From Elusimicrobiaceae bacterium (GTDB taxonomy: Bacteria; Elusimicrobiota; Elusimicrobia; Elusimicrobiales; Elusimicrobiaceae): 64,000 bases of DNA. Of this stretch, positions 1-10,245 are shown piece after piece (within the stretch, counting starts at the first letter, position 1; each line of letters begins with the position of its first letter). The position numbers were made by a program, and so were the translations under genes. The stretch is from the NCBI GenBank assembly GCA_045580265.1, contig JAZNNM010000002.1:114721-178720 (forward strand), in the 5' to 3' direction. The notes beneath the pieces were generated by a model. That model did not search any database. It saw only the letters and a list, made by a program, of their open reading frames with translations, and was not told where the DNA came from.

Positions 1-1398
1 CCGGAAGATCCGGTTTTGCGGGATTATTATCGTTATATTTTACGAGATGGACTCGGGTACTGGATTAACCAAAAATCGGAACGTTTTGACGAAGAACGCT
101 TACTCTTTTTTACTGCAGTTACTGCTCCTTCGGAAAGATTGTATGCCTTGTACAGCCGCGGCACGGAGGATGGTAAAAATGAGGTTCCGTCAGTGTTTTT
201 GGCGGAGTTGGCGCGGGTCTGTCGGAATGAATGGCAAGCCCAAAATGCGCCGCGTGTAAGTGGTCGATTTTCGGAACAGATAGCCAATTTATCAGCAGAC
301 TTTTTAACAGAGACGGAATTCTCTTGTGCCGTGGCACTTCATCCTCAAACGGCGGAAAGCAAATATCTGGAGGCCGGTTTACTGACGGGAGGAAAATCAT
401 GTTCTCTAAAATCCGCCGTTACGTTAAACCAAGTAAGCGGTGTTACCGCGTATGACGGACAAATCCAAAGCGGACAAGAACTTTTCGAACGAATTAATAA
501 CGGCGCAGGTTTTTCGTGTTCTGCCCTTCAAACATTGGCTTCTTGCCCGCTGAAATACTTTTTTGAAAAAGGCTTGCACCTGCGGGAAGAAGACCCTCTG
601 AGTCGCCAAGAGTTGGCTCCTAATTATCGCGGAACGGCTTACCATGAAATTTTGCAAACTTTCTATACCGAGTTGTTGCGTTTGGGACTTACGCATAACC
701 TGTTTGATACCGGTATTGCTACATATTTGGAACGGGCTGTTGCTTCCCGTTATACGGAATTTTCGTATAAAAAGTTCGGGATATACCCCGTGATATGGCG
801 GGTGATATTGGATTCGATTCGGGAACAGTTGCTTTGCTTTGTAACGGAAGATTTAACTTCTCAAGGAGATTATATACCTTCTTATTTCGAAAAGCAGTTT
901 TCCCTCGAATCGCCCTCAGAACTTCCTTTTAAAATAAATGGGATCATTGATCGCGTTGATATTGATGAAAAAAGTAAAACTTTTTTGGTAATGGATTATA
1001 AATCCTCCAAAAAAGGAACTAAGAACTTGGATAAAGATTTTTTCAGTAAATTTATTTTTCAACCGTTCTTATATGTGTGGGCGGCCCGACATTTGGAGGA
1101 ATTTTCTTCTCTAAATCCGGCAGGCTCTTGCTTGCTCTCCATCAAAGACGGCTATTACCGCCAAGAACTTCCCTTCTCTCGTTGGGAAGATATGCGCCCC
1201 CATGCAGAAAAATTACTGCTTGAATTGGTGGGGCTGATTAAAAAAGGGACTTTCTTTTTAAACGATCAGGTGGAAGAAGTGTGTAAGTATTGTCCTTTTA
1301 CTTCCATCTGTCGAAGAGATGCTTTCCGCCCGCTTATGCGTGCTCGAAAAAGCGACAGCCATAAAAAGATAGAGGAGATTTGCCAACCATGGAAATGA
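1..1398 (+). CDS. addB: AddB/RexB-like PD-(D/E)XK nuclease subunit, 5'-truncated by the window edge
   Basis: Frame is open from base 1. RecB-family nuclease motif GIIDRVD...MDYKS; Fe-S staple cysteines (CPLKYF ... CKYCPFTSIC); overlaps the start of the downstream UvrD-type helicase. Confidence 0.8.
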   Translation, partial: PEDPVLRDYYRYILRDGLGYWINQKSERFDEERLLFFTAVTAPSERLYALYSRGTEDGKNEVPSVFLAELARVCRNEWQAQNAPRVSGRFSEQIANLSADFLTETEFSCAVALHPQTAESKYLEAGLLTGGKSCSLKSAVTLNQVSGVTAYDGQIQSGQELFERINNGAGFSCSALQTLASCPLKYFFEKGLHLREEDPLSRQELAPNYRGTAYHEILQTFYTELLRLGLTHNLFDTGIATYLERAVASRYTEFSYKKFGIYPVIWRVILDSIREQLLCFVTEDLTSQGDYIPSYFEKQFSLESPSELPFKINGIIDRVDIDEKSKTFLVMDYKSSKKGTKNLDKDFFSKFIFQPFLYVWAARHLEEFSSLNPAGSCLLSIKDGYYRQELPFSRWEDMRPHAEKLLLELVGLIKKGTFFLNDQVEEVCKYCPFTSICRRDAFRPLMRARKSDSHKKIEEICQPWK

Positions 1399-4300
1399 AA
1401 GAAAATCGTTTGGAAGTCCAAACCGAATTAAATGTAAACATGGTAGTAGAGGCCGGTGCCGGTACGGGAAAAACGACTCTTCTTATCGATCGTTTATGTT
1501 TGGCTGTTTTGGTTCGCGGTATAGCAGTGGAAAAATTGGTAGCGCTTACTTTTACCGAAAAAGCCGCTGCCGAAATTAAAACTCGTTTTATTTTTAAACT
1601 GCAAAAATTAATACAAACCATCAAACTTCAACGCGTAGCCAAACAAAAGTTGGATAACAAAGAACCGTTAACTCAAGAAGAAGAAAAAGCGGTAAAAGAA
1701 TCGGACAAAACACTCGATTTGTTGCGGGAGTATTTTATGGATAATGCTCCCGAAGTAATTCAGGAACCCTTCGAAAAACGACAAGAAAAATTAGAAGATT
1801 TATGGACGCTTCGTGCAGAAACGGCACTGGCGCGTTTGGATCGCAGTGCTATTGGTACCATTCACGGTTTTTGTGCTGATATTTTGAAGGCATTTCCGTT
1901 GGAAGCGGGTTTAACCCCTAACGCGGAAATTGATTCCGGCCAAAAGAGTGATCGCTTATTTGAATGTCATTGGAATGCTTTTTTGGATGTGGAATTGGGG
2001 GAACAGGCTCCGCGGGAAGAAATGTGGAGAAAACTCTTGCCGGAATTATCCCTTCCCGATTTAAAAAACTTTGCACGAGAATTATGTAGCGGAAAGATAG
2101 ATCTCTACAACTATTGGAGCCATGCGGAAATGTTGGCCGATATATGTAAGAGAAAAGCCTCTTTGGCCAGAGAAATGAGCACCGCTTTCTTGGGACCTAA
2201 AAAGCAGCTTCGCCGTTCGGAGAAAGCGCTTCTTTGGGCGGAAAAATCACTCTTAAGAACAGTCTCTTTTTTACGTAAAGCCCCTTTCCCTCCCGCACCG
2301 GAAGAAGAACTGCCTGCTTTCCCTGATGATCCTGTTACGGGTTGGGAAGAAGATGCCCATGAAGAGGCTAAAGCATTGGTTTCTTTTGCCGAAAAAGTTA
2401 CCCCTGAAAAACAACAGTTATTTTTATCTGCTTGGGAGTTGGTTAAAGACGTGGCAGACCGTGTTCGCGGAGAATTCTCGCGTGAAGGAATCTTAAGTTT
2501 TGATGACCTAATTGTTAAAACGCGCAATTTGCTGCAAAAAGACTTATACGTTCGTCGGTTGTTGAAAGAAAAATACGATGTTTTATTCGTAGATGAATTT
2601 CAAGACACGGACCCTGTTCAAGGGGAGCTGTTGCTTTTTTTAGCGGAAGAAAAAACTTCCTTTGCTTCTCACTGGAAAGAGGTAAAGCTTTCTGCCGGAA
2701 AATTGATTGTAGTGGGGGACCCGAAACAGTCAATTTATCGTTTTCGCGGTGCGGATATTACGGCTTATGAACTCTTTACCGATCTTATTTTAAAACAGGG
2801 TGGAAAAAAATGTTTTCTGCAGCGAAATTTTAGAAGCGTACCCGACATCGTATCTACGGCCAATGCGGTTTGTTCGGGAGCGATGGTGTATGAATCTTCC
2901 TTTCAACCCGCCTACGTACCCATTTTCCCTACCAAGCCTGTTGTAAAGCCGGCGGTAGAATGGCTGTTTATTAATTTGAGTGATGAAGCACGGAAATATG
3001 CCAAAGAAAAAGCGGATTTATATCGCCATAATCAAGGGGAACAAATTGCTCGCTGGATTGAAGAACACGTGGGCAGCATGAAGCTTTCCGACGGGAGAAA
3101 ACTTTCTTATCAGGATATTACGATTTTATCTCGCGCTTCCACTACTTCCGGTCCATATGTAGATGCCTTGCGTCGACACGGAATTCCGTTTAACGTGGAA
3201 GCAGATAAAGATTTTTATCGCAAACAGGAAATTCATGATTTTTTAAATCTTTTGCGCGTGGTAAACGCTCCGGATGACCATGTAGCTTTGACAGGGGTAT
3301 TAAGGAGCCCTTTCGGCGGTTTTACTGATGAAGAAATTTATCAAATTGCCAAACGAGGAGAGTTAAATCTCTCCGCTTCGAGCCAAGATCTTCGTTTGGT
3401 TGAGTTTTATTCACTGCTTCGACGTTTAGTCAATCAATTAGGAAGGGTTCCGTTAAAAGAATTTTTGTCGGGAATTTTGGCGGATACCTTTTTGCCTCAA
3501 TCGTGTGCTGTGGCCTATGATGGGGAACAAACGCTTGCCAACCTCAACCGTTTAGTTTTGTTGGCAGAAAGTTTCTGTGGAGAAAGTGCCGCCGGTTTGG
3601 GGCAGTTTTTGGCCAAGGTGGAAGATTTAATGAAAAATCACCCTGAAATGCTGGGAGCTCCCACTTCGGACGATGCTTTAGATGCCGTGTCCGTGATGAC
3701 CGTACATAAATCTAAGGGATTGCAATTTCCGGTTGTTATTTTGGCAGATTTATCCAAAAAAGATACAGGACGTCCTTCTAAAGATGGACATGTGTTTTCT
3801 TGGCAGCATAATATGCATGGCCTTCGCGTAGGAAAGATAAGAGATATCAACTTGTCTTTTTTGGAAGAAGAACAGAAAAAACATGGTCGTTGTGAAGAAA
3901 TTCGCGTTTTATATGTGGGATTAACACGTGCCGAAGAATGTTTGGTTTTAGTGGCGGATAATCGAAAAAATGCTTCTCAATTGTCCCAAGCATTTGTAAA
4001 TTGTGGCCTTTTTCCGGATGGGGAGAATTTGAAAGAGGTTTTGTCTCATTCGGAAGTATCTGTTCCGGTGAATTATTTGCCTTATCGGGATCCGGAAGAA
4101 TTTATTTTTCGTTCCACCCAAGAAAAACAGAAAGTATTATTGGGGCCGTCTGCATCGGAATGGAAGAAAGCTTTTTCTGCCAGACAAGCCCAATACGAAC
4201 AGATGCTTGGAGAAAAAACTATGGCCCCCAGTGAACTGTCGGGGAATGTCCTTTTAAGTGAAGAACAGCGAATAGGGGCAGAAGTAGGCACCGTGTGTCA

Positions 4301-4736
4301 CCGCGCACTTGAGTTGTTGATCGGCCGAAAGGAAAGCGATCCTCAAAAAGCTGTTTCTCAGGCAGCTCTTTCTTGCGCCATGCCTTTGCGTGAAGAAGCC
4401 GCGGCAGAGGTGGTGTTACCCTTTACCCAAAGCGAACTTTTTAAACAAATTTTATCGTGTGAAGTGTTGGCGTATGAAATGCCGTTTTCTTTTGTGCAAG
4501 AAAACGGTGGAATTACCTCGGGGGTAATTGATTTATTATTAAAACGTGCTGACGGATCTGTGTGGGCCATAGACTACAAAACCGATCGCGTTCACCCCGG
4601 AGGAGAAGGAAAGATTTTAGAAAAATACCGCCCGCAACTTGCCGTCTATTCCCAAGCGGCGCAAAAGCTGTTTCCCAAACAAAAAGTGATTTGTTCGGTA
4701 GTTCTCTTGCGCACATTTGCGGCGTTGGACTTATAA
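1389..4736 (+). CDS. addA: AddA/RexA-like UvrD-family helicase-nuclease
   Basis: Walker A AGAGTGKT, DEFQDTD, VGDPKQSIYRFRGA, TVHKSKGLQF, YVGLTRA, and C-terminal nuclease GVIDLL...IDYKTD. Start placed at ATG 1389, after GAGGAG. Confidence 0.88.
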   Translation: MEMKENRLEVQTELNVNMVVEAGAGTGKTTLLIDRLCLAVLVRGIAVEKLVALTFTEKAAAEIKTRFIFKLQKLIQTIKLQRVAKQKLDNKEPLTQEEEKAVKESDKTLDLLREYFMDNAPEVIQEPFEKRQEKLEDLWTLRAETALARLDRSAIGTIHGFCADILKAFPLEAGLTPNAEIDSGQKSDRLFECHWNAFLDVELGEQAPREEMWRKLLPELSLPDLKNFARELCSGKIDLYNYWSHAEMLADICKRKASLAREMSTAFLGPKKQLRRSEKALLWAEKSLLRTVSFLRKAPFPPAPEEELPAFPDDPVTGWEEDAHEEAKALVSFAEKVTPEKQQLFLSAWELVKDVADRVRGEFSREGILSFDDLIVKTRNLLQKDLYVRRLLKEKYDVLFVDEFQDTDPVQGELLLFLAEEKTSFASHWKEVKLSAGKLIVVGDPKQSIYRFRGADITAYELFTDLILKQGGKKCFLQRNFRSVPDIVSTANAVCSGAMVYESSFQPAYVPIFPTKPVVKPAVEWLFINLSDEARKYAKEKADLYRHNQGEQIARWIEEHVGSMKLSDGRKLSYQDITILSRASTTSGPYVDALRRHGIPFNVEADKDFYRKQEIHDFLNLLRVVNAPDDHVALTGVLRSPFGGFTDEEIYQIAKRGELNLSASSQDLRLVEFYSLLRRLVNQLGRVPLKEFLSGILADTFLPQSCAVAYDGEQTLANLNRLVLLAESFCGESAAGLGQFLAKVEDLMKNHPEMLGAPTSDDALDAVSVMTVHKSKGLQFPVVILADLSKKDTGRPSKDGHVFSWQHNMHGLRVGKIRDINLSFLEEEQKKHGRCEEIRVLYVGLTRAEECLVLVADNRKNASQLSQAFVNCGLFPDGENLKEVLSHSEVSVPVNYLPYRDPEEFIFRSTQEKQKVLLGPSASEWKKAFSARQAQYEQMLGEKTMAPSELSGNVLLSEEQRIGAEVGTVCHRALELLIGRKESDPQKAVSQAALSCAMPLREEAAAEVVLPFTQSELFKQILSCEVLAYEMPFSFVQENGGITSGVIDLLLKRADGSVWAIDYKTDRVHPGGEGKILEKYRPQLAVYSQAAQKLFPKQKVICSVVLLRTFAALDL

Positions 4737-4774
4737 AAGATAGAATATTAAAAACAATTTTTAGGAGAAATACT

Positions 4775-5068
4775 ATGTTTGATAAACTCGGTCAATTAAA
4801 AGATTTATGGAAACTTAAAAGCCAAATGGAAGAAATCAAAAAACGATTGGACAACATGGTTATTAAAGTGGAAAGCCCTCGCCATGTGTTTGAACTGACC
4901 ATTTCCGGCTCTCAGGAAGTAAAAGAAGTAAAAGTAGATGCTCTTGCCAAGAACTTTTCCGAAGCGGAATTGGCGGACGATTTGAAAGCCGTTATCAACA
5001 AAGCCGTGCGCGACAGCCAAGGCATGGCCGCGCAAGCTATGGGCAACTTCGGTATGCCTCAAGCCTAA
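4775..5068 (+). CDS. YbaB/EbfC family nucleoid-associated protein
   Basis: 97 aa, MFDKLGQLKDLWKLKSQMEEIKKRL...ISGSQEVKEVKVD...LKAVINKA, typical YbaB pattern. AGGAG RBS precedes ATG 4775; the ORF-track start at 4562 is too far upstream. Confidence 0.8.
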   Translation: MFDKLGQLKDLWKLKSQMEEIKKRLDNMVIKVESPRHVFELTISGSQEVKEVKVDALAKNFSEAELADDLKAVINKAVRDSQGMAAQAMGNFGMPQA

Positions 5069-5069
5069 T

Positions 5070-5435
5070 ATGTACAAAAATAAAAATATAGCCGTATTCG
5101 GTGTGTCGCAAGATCCGTCCAAATACGGGTATAAAATTTTTTCTGCTCTCTTGGAAAAGGGTTTTTCCGTCTATGCCATTAACCCCAAAGGGGGGGAAGT
5201 TCTGGGCGAAAAAATATATTCCACGCTTAAAGATGTTCCCGTTTCGGTGGAAGTGGCCGTGTTGGTTATTCCCATAAAGGCACTGTTAGGGGCCGTGGAA
5301 CAATGCGAGAACAACGGCGTGAAGGAGATTTGGTTCCAACCGGGAGCGCAAGACCCTACCGCCTATAACGCGGCTAAAGAAGCCGGTATACGGCCCGTAA
5401 ACGGTTGTTTTATGGTGGATAACGGGTTTTGGTAA
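5070..5435 (+). CDS. CoA-binding protein (YccU-like)
   Basis: IAVFGVSQDPSKYG...INPKG...IWFQPGA...GC pattern; 121 aa. Confidence 0.85.
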   Translation: MYKNKNIAVFGVSQDPSKYGYKIFSALLEKGFSVYAINPKGGEVLGEKIYSTLKDVPVSVEVAVLVIPIKALLGAVEQCENNGVKEIWFQPGAQDPTAYNAAKEAGIRPVNGCFMVDNGFW

Positions 5436-5438
5436 TTT

Positions 5439-6383
5439 ATGAAATACAACCGCTTAGGTCAATCTGGTTTATTCATTTCTGCCGTCGGCCTGGGCGGTTG
5501 GCCTTTTGGCGGCGGGTATGATTGGGGAGATTTGGACGAAAAAACCGCTGCTCGTGCGGTAGATGCTGCCTTGGAACAAGGCATTAACTGGATAGATACC
5601 GCCCCCGTGTACGGCAACGGAGCAAGCGAGTCGTTTTTGGGCAACGTTTTGCGCGGTAAACGGGAAAAAGTCCTGCTCGCCACTAAATGCGGGCTTGTTA
5701 AAAACGGTTCGTGGACGGACCACGATTTATCTCCCAAAGCAGTTCGCAAGCAACTGGAGGATTCCCTCACTCGTTTACAGACGGACTTTATTGACTTATA
5801 TCAAATCCACTACCCCGATCCGAAAGTTTCTTTGACCGACGCATTGGAAATACTGATTCGCTTAAAAGAAGAAGGGAAAATCCGCTACATAGGTGTATGT
5901 AATTTTTCGGTGCAGGAACTTTTAACGGCCGCTCAATCGGTCGAAATTGCGAGCGTGCAAAACGAGTATTCGCTTTTGCATCCACAGAAGGGAAACGAAG
6001 TCTTTTCCGTTTGTCGAGAGAAAGGCATAGGTTTTATCGGTTACGGGACTTTATGCGGCGGAATTTTAAGCGGAAAATATAAGAAGGAACCAAACTTTCG
6101 CCGAGCCGATGCGCGGAATTATTTTTACAAAGCTTATCGGGGAGCTTCTTATGAAGAAGCGCAACGGGTGGTGGTGCGCATTAAAAAAATGGCGGAGTTC
6201 AAAGCCTTGAGTCCGGCGGAAGTAGCGGTAGGCTGGGCATTAACGGAGCCTGCCGTAACGGGCGTGCTTGTCGGAGCGCGGACGGAAGAACAGATTTTAC
6301 AAAACATCAAAGGGGCAGCGGTAACGCTTTCCCCGCAGGAATTAGCGTATTTGGAGGGGCGTGTATGCTCGTGCATCAAGTAG
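5439..6383 (+). CDS. Aldo/keto reductase
   Basis: GINWIDTAPVYGNG, LATKCG, SLTRLQTDFIDLYQIHYP and IGVCNF motifs. Confidence 0.92.
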   Translation: MKYNRLGQSGLFISAVGLGGWPFGGGYDWGDLDEKTAARAVDAALEQGINWIDTAPVYGNGASESFLGNVLRGKREKVLLATKCGLVKNGSWTDHDLSPKAVRKQLEDSLTRLQTDFIDLYQIHYPDPKVSLTDALEILIRLKEEGKIRYIGVCNFSVQELLTAAQSVEIASVQNEYSLLHPQKGNEVFSVCREKGIGFIGYGTLCGGILSGKYKKEPNFRRADARNYFYKAYRGASYEEAQRVVVRIKKMAEFKALSPAEVAVGWALTEPAVTGVLVGARTEEQILQNIKGAAVTLSPQELAYLEGRVCSCIK

Positions 6384-7663
6384 AACAATATGTTCAGCAG
6401 GTGTTGCCTTCGTTGGGGGTAAATAAACTGAGGGAAATTTCCCGTCTGTTGTTTGAAATTTGTAAGCGCGAAAATACTGCGCCCGAAGGAGTCCTTCCGT
6501 TTGAAAAAAATTTAACTTTTGAATCTGCCAAAAAGCAACTTTTGCGCCGTCGATATCCGGTAAATTTTAATACAGCGGCCAAAAATCGGTTTTATTTACC
6601 CAAGTTGGAGTTGGACCCTGCCTTGCAGGCAGATCTGTCTACTCGCCCTTTTTATCCCAAGACCGTTTACATAGAAACTTCCGTAAAGGATAGCGAACTG
6701 GCCGACCGTGTGAAAAAGGCTTTTCCGCTAGCACAATTTAAGGAAACGGACGGAAAAACCCAAGTGGGCAGTGCCAACTTCTCTCGTCGTACCGATACCT
6801 TGCTTATTCATAAAGAAAAATACGATTTTCTAAAACCCTGTCCGTGTAGTTGTGGTTCGGCGGGGTGTGGGTATAACCTGATAAATCTGGGTTTTGGTTG
6901 CCGTTTTGAGTGCGAGTATTGTTTTTTGCAACAATATCAAAATTTGCACGCCATTTTGCTTCCCGCCAATGTGGACGAATTTTTACAAAAAATAGATGAT
7001 GCGCATTTTAACAAAGGGCCGTTTGACCGCCCGCGCATCGGCAGTGGGGAATTTACCGATTCGTTGGTATTTGACGATTTAACCAAATACTCCCACAAAA
7101 TTGTTCCTTTCTTCCGTGCGCGCCCGCACTTGCAGTTTGAATTCAAAACAAAAAGTGTAAATATCGGGGGCCTGTTGGAAATAGGCGGTGCAGAAAATGT
7201 GGTTACTTCGTGGTCGGTCAATTCTTCGCGCATTACAAACGAGGCCGAACATTTTACCCCCGGCTTAACCGAACGCTTGGCGGCGGCTTGCCAAACCGCT
7301 AAAGCGGGATATCGCCTCGGGTTTCACTTTGACCCGGTGATTATCTACCCCGGTTGGAAGGAAGATTACGCCCGCACGGTGGAAGAAATGGCCGACACCT
7401 TGCCGGCGGAAAAAATTGCTTGGATAAGCGTGGGAACTTTGCGTTTTAGCCGCGAACTTAAAAAAATGATAGAAAACCGCTTTCCGCAAAACTTTATGCT
7501 GGACGGAGAATTTTTGCTGGATTTTGACGGCAAAATGCGCTACGGGGACGAAGAACGGCGGGAAGTTTATTCGTTTATGATGCCCTTACTTCGCAAAACT
7601 TTTCCCAACACCCATGTTTACTTATGCATGGAAGACCCGCAAATCGCCAAAGATTTTTGGTAA
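6365..7663 (+). CDS. Spore photoproduct lyase (SplB)-like radical SAM protein
   Basis: CxxxCxxC (CRFECEYC), RIGSGEFTDSL, EFKTKS, GFHFDP and YLCME motifs; about 100-aa N-terminal extension. Confidence 0.8.
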   Translation: MLVHQVEQYVQQVLPSLGVNKLREISRLLFEICKRENTAPEGVLPFEKNLTFESAKKQLLRRRYPVNFNTAAKNRFYLPKLELDPALQADLSTRPFYPKTVYIETSVKDSELADRVKKAFPLAQFKETDGKTQVGSANFSRRTDTLLIHKEKYDFLKPCPCSCGSAGCGYNLINLGFGCRFECEYCFLQQYQNLHAILLPANVDEFLQKIDDAHFNKGPFDRPRIGSGEFTDSLVFDDLTKYSHKIVPFFRARPHLQFEFKTKSVNIGGLLEIGGAENVVTSWSVNSSRITNEAEHFTPGLTERLAAACQTAKAGYRLGFHFDPVIIYPGWKEDYARTVEEMADTLPAEKIAWISVGTLRFSRELKKMIENRFPQNFMLDGEFLLDFDGKMRYGDEERREVYSFMMPLLRKTFPNTHVYLCMEDPQIAKDFW

Positions 7664-7681
7664 GAGAAAGATTTGAAGGAT

Positions 7682-7714
7682 AAAAAATGCCGCGGATTTG
7701 ATCCGCGGCGTTTT
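7682..7714. terminator. Bidirectional intrinsic terminator
   Basis: GCCGCGGAT-ttg-ATCCGCGGC with flanking A and T runs, between convergent genes. Confidence 0.85.
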
Positions 7715-7730
7715 CATTTTACAGAAACTT

Positions 7731-8513
7731 TTATAACTCAATAACCATCATGGAAGGTTTGATTAAGTAGAACAAGTTAATCAGGGCTCCCAAGCTTAAA
7801 AACGGCCCGAAGGGGATAGCATCGGACTTTTTTTTCCCTTTGAAAATCATTAAGAAAATAGCATACACAAGCCCAAAGAAGGAGCCCAAAATAACGGTGG
7901 TAATAACACCTTCCCAACCGATTAAAGCCCCTACGCCTGCCATTAACTTCACATCACCGCCGCCCATAGCTTCCTTTTTAAACATCCAAGTTCCCAAAAG
8001 GGCAATTGCAAGTACTCCGAATAAACCGGCTCCTGCTCCTAACAGGGAAAGCAGCTCCTTCTGCCACCAGATGCCTTCAAAGTTCGGGTTACACCAGGCG
8101 AACGTAAGGCCCCATACAATAAGCCCCAAGGAAAAGCGGTCGGGAATAATCATAAGCTCTAAATCAATGACGGACAACGCAACCAGCGCATATACAGCCG
8201 CGAGTACGACAAAAGTCCAAATCGTTAATCCCAAATGCCACACAAAGAGCAAGGTGAGCGCACCCGTTAAAAGTTCCACAATGGGGTATTGCATGGAAAT
8301 GGGGTTTTTGCATTTGCGACATTTTCCGAGCAAAAACAGATAACTGAGAACGGGGATATTATCGTACCAAGCGATGCGTGCTCCGCATTTGGGGCAACCC
8401 GAAGGCGGCCAAACGATAGATTTGTCTCGCGGGATACGGTAGATGCAGACGTTTAAGAAACTGCCCACAATCAAGCCGAAAATAGTGGCAAAAGTAAGAA
8501 TAAAAGTTTCCAT
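7731..8513 (-). CDS. pilD: Prepilin peptidase (A24 family)
   Basis: GSFLNVCIYRIP, CPKC and CRKC zinc motifs, IDLELMIIPD, MGGGDVKL, IPFGPFL. GGAG RBS favours ATG 8513. Confidence 0.93.
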   Translation of the reverse strand: METFILTFATIFGLIVGSFLNVCIYRIPRDKSIVWPPSGCPKCGARIAWYDNIPVLSYLFLLGKCRKCKNPISMQYPIVELLTGALTLLFVWHLGLTIWTFVVLAAVYALVALSVIDLELMIIPDRFSLGLIVWGLTFAWCNPNFEGIWWQKELLSLLGAGAGLFGVLAIALLGTWMFKKEAMGGGDVKLMAGVGALIGWEGVITTVILGSFFGLVYAIFLMIFKGKKKSDAIPFGPFLSLGALINLFYLIKPSMMVIEL

Positions 8514-8567
8514 ATTTAACTCCATAACATAAAAATCCCCCGCGCTTTACAGCCCGGGGGGAAAAGG

Positions 8568-8984
8568 TTAATGCGTGTGCCAGGCTTTGCCGTAACTGTC
8601 TTCCTTTTCAACATTTACGAAAAAATCGCCATAGCGCGGATCTGCCGGGTCGCTGATATAGGCCCAACCGCCTGTTTTGGTAAACGCTTGCTCAAAATTT
8701 CCGTGGGAAACATGGGCAGAAGGCGGATAACCGGGCACGGTGGCTTGCGGAATTTTTTCGATGTATTGCGGACTAAGACTGGAGAGATCATCAGTCGGGT
8801 AATTGCCCTGATGTTCCCCATAGTATGCGGCAATAGCACTGCGTACTTTTACCAATTTGTGTTTGGTGCTTCCCTCTTGGGCTTTGTGTACGAGTGCCAT
8901 AAATTTCGGCACGGTAAAACCAAACAGCAGTGCAAACACAACTACCGTAATAGCAATTTCCATGACCGTAAAGCCTTTTTTCAT
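8568..8984 (-). CDS. Type II secretion / type IV pseudopilin-like protein
   Basis: Class III signal MKKG|FTVME followed by a hydrophobic helix; GspG-like YYGEHQGNYP; adjacent to the prepilin peptidase. Confidence 0.8.
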   Translation of the reverse strand: MKKGFTVMEIAITVVVFALLFGFTVPKFMALVHKAQEGSTKHKLVKVRSAIAAYYGEHQGNYPTDDLSSLSPQYIEKIPQATVPGYPPSAHVSHGNFEQAFTKTGGWAYISDPADPRYGDFFVNVEKEDSYGKAWHTH

Positions 8985-8992
8985 ACACACCT

Positions 8993-10222
8993 CTATTTAA
9001 AGTTTAATGCCACGCGTACAAATACTTTGGCATCGCCCAACGTATTTTTGATGCTGGAATATTCGTTGGGTTGGTGAGCCATGTCATCGAGTTTGGAGCA
9101 GACCACAGCGGGGTAATTTGCATTGCGTAAGAAAGAACCCACTGTTCCGCCGCCCACACCCATGATGCGCGGTTCGTTTTTGTAAATAGCTTTAATGGAA
9201 TCGCGCGTTAATTTTACAAAAGCCGCTTTGTGGTCCGTCGGTTTAGAGGCTTCGTTAATGGCAATATCCATTTTAACCGTCACTTTAAATTGTTTTTCGA
9301 TTTTTTTAGTGATTTTGGCAATTTCCGCCAATACTTCCTTGTTGGAATAGCAAGGGAGTACGCGGCAATCCATGTAAAAGACATCCGTCCCCGGGATTGT
9401 ATTTACGTTCGGCACGTTTGCTTCACGTTTGGTCGGCTCGAACGTGCTGGTAACGGCAGGAGCGAAGAGTTTATCTTTTTTATTAAATTTTTTGCCGAGC
9501 GCATCAAAAGCTACAATCAGGTAAGAAGCCGCGCGATTGGCATTGTTGCCGGCATAGGGCATAGAAGCATGTGCTTGTTTGCCTTGAACGGTAAATTTAA
9601 TCCACAGCATATTTTTTTCGGCTACTTCCACCATGGTTCCGTCCGGGTTGCCTCCGTCCGGTACCAAGAAAACGTCCTCCTTTCCGAAGATTTTACCGTG
9701 CTTTTTCAAAATCGGTACTACACCGTAAAGGCTACCCATCTCTTCATCGGCATTGAGCAAAAGGGCATAATCGCAAGCGGGGCGCACATTACATTCCATC
9801 ATGGCTTTAACCGCTAATAAACCGGAAACCAATCCTTGGTGATTGTCTTCGGAACCGCGCCCATAGATTTTATCCCCTTTAACAACCGCTTTGAACGGAT
9901 CGGTTTTCCATAGGGATAAATCTCCGGGGGGAACAACATCCATATGTGCCATAACCCAAAGGGTTTTCTTTCTGTTTTGACCGTAATAGCGGGCAATAAT
10001 GTTCGGGCGCACACCGCCTTCGGCCTTGGGATCTTTGATATTAATGACGGAAATTTCATCAAATTTCATTTGTTTTAAAACGGAAAGTAAATAAGCGGCT
10101 TTTGCGCTTTCACCTTTGCCGCCTTCTTGAGGGGATAATGCCTCGAGCGGAATCATGTTGCTTTGCAAATCGATGACGTCTTGCTTGTAAGAGTCAATTT
10201 TTTTAAATAAAGTTTTTTCCAT
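8993..10222 (-). CDS. M20 family metallopeptidase (DapE/ArgE-like)
   Basis: AHMDVVP, YGRGSEDN, DEEMGS, GKQAHAS and AHQPNE metal-binding motifs. Confidence 0.9.
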   Translation of the reverse strand: MEKTLFKKIDSYKQDVIDLQSNMIPLEALSPQEGGKGESAKAAYLLSVLKQMKFDEISVINIKDPKAEGGVRPNIIARYYGQNRKKTLWVMAHMDVVPPGDLSLWKTDPFKAVVKGDKIYGRGSEDNHQGLVSGLLAVKAMMECNVRPACDYALLLNADEEMGSLYGVVPILKKHGKIFGKEDVFLVPDGGNPDGTMVEVAEKNMLWIKFTVQGKQAHASMPYAGNNANRAASYLIVAFDALGKKFNKKDKLFAPAVTSTFEPTKREANVPNVNTIPGTDVFYMDCRVLPCYSNKEVLAEIAKITKKIEKQFKVTVKMDIAINEASKPTDHKAAFVKLTRDSIKAIYKNEPRIMGVGGGTVGSFLRNANYPAVVCSKLDDMAHQPNEYSSIKNTLGDAKVFVRVALNFK

Positions 10223-10245
10223 AAAATATCCTCGGCCAAGCCCAG

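Noticed and set aside
4562-4774. Upstream extensions of ORF-track starts (4562, 17349, 26508, 37442, 37564, 50935, 54893, 58460, 60137)
   Set aside because: They overlap neighbouring genes or promoters. Downstream ATGs give family-typical N-termini, most with a clear RBS.
5190-5196. G7 tract in the CoA-binding gene (also G7 near 18228 in pgeF) as phase-variable sites
   Set aside because: The tracts are short, keep the reading frame and lie in non-surface housekeeping genes.
9230-9817. Long antisense or overlapping ORFs in the track (e.g. 9230-9817, 26468-26980, 29637-30170, 54986-55501, 59211-59693, 62049-62585)
   Set aside because: They lie opposite well-supported genes and have no RBS or recognisable motifs; they are shadow ORFs.
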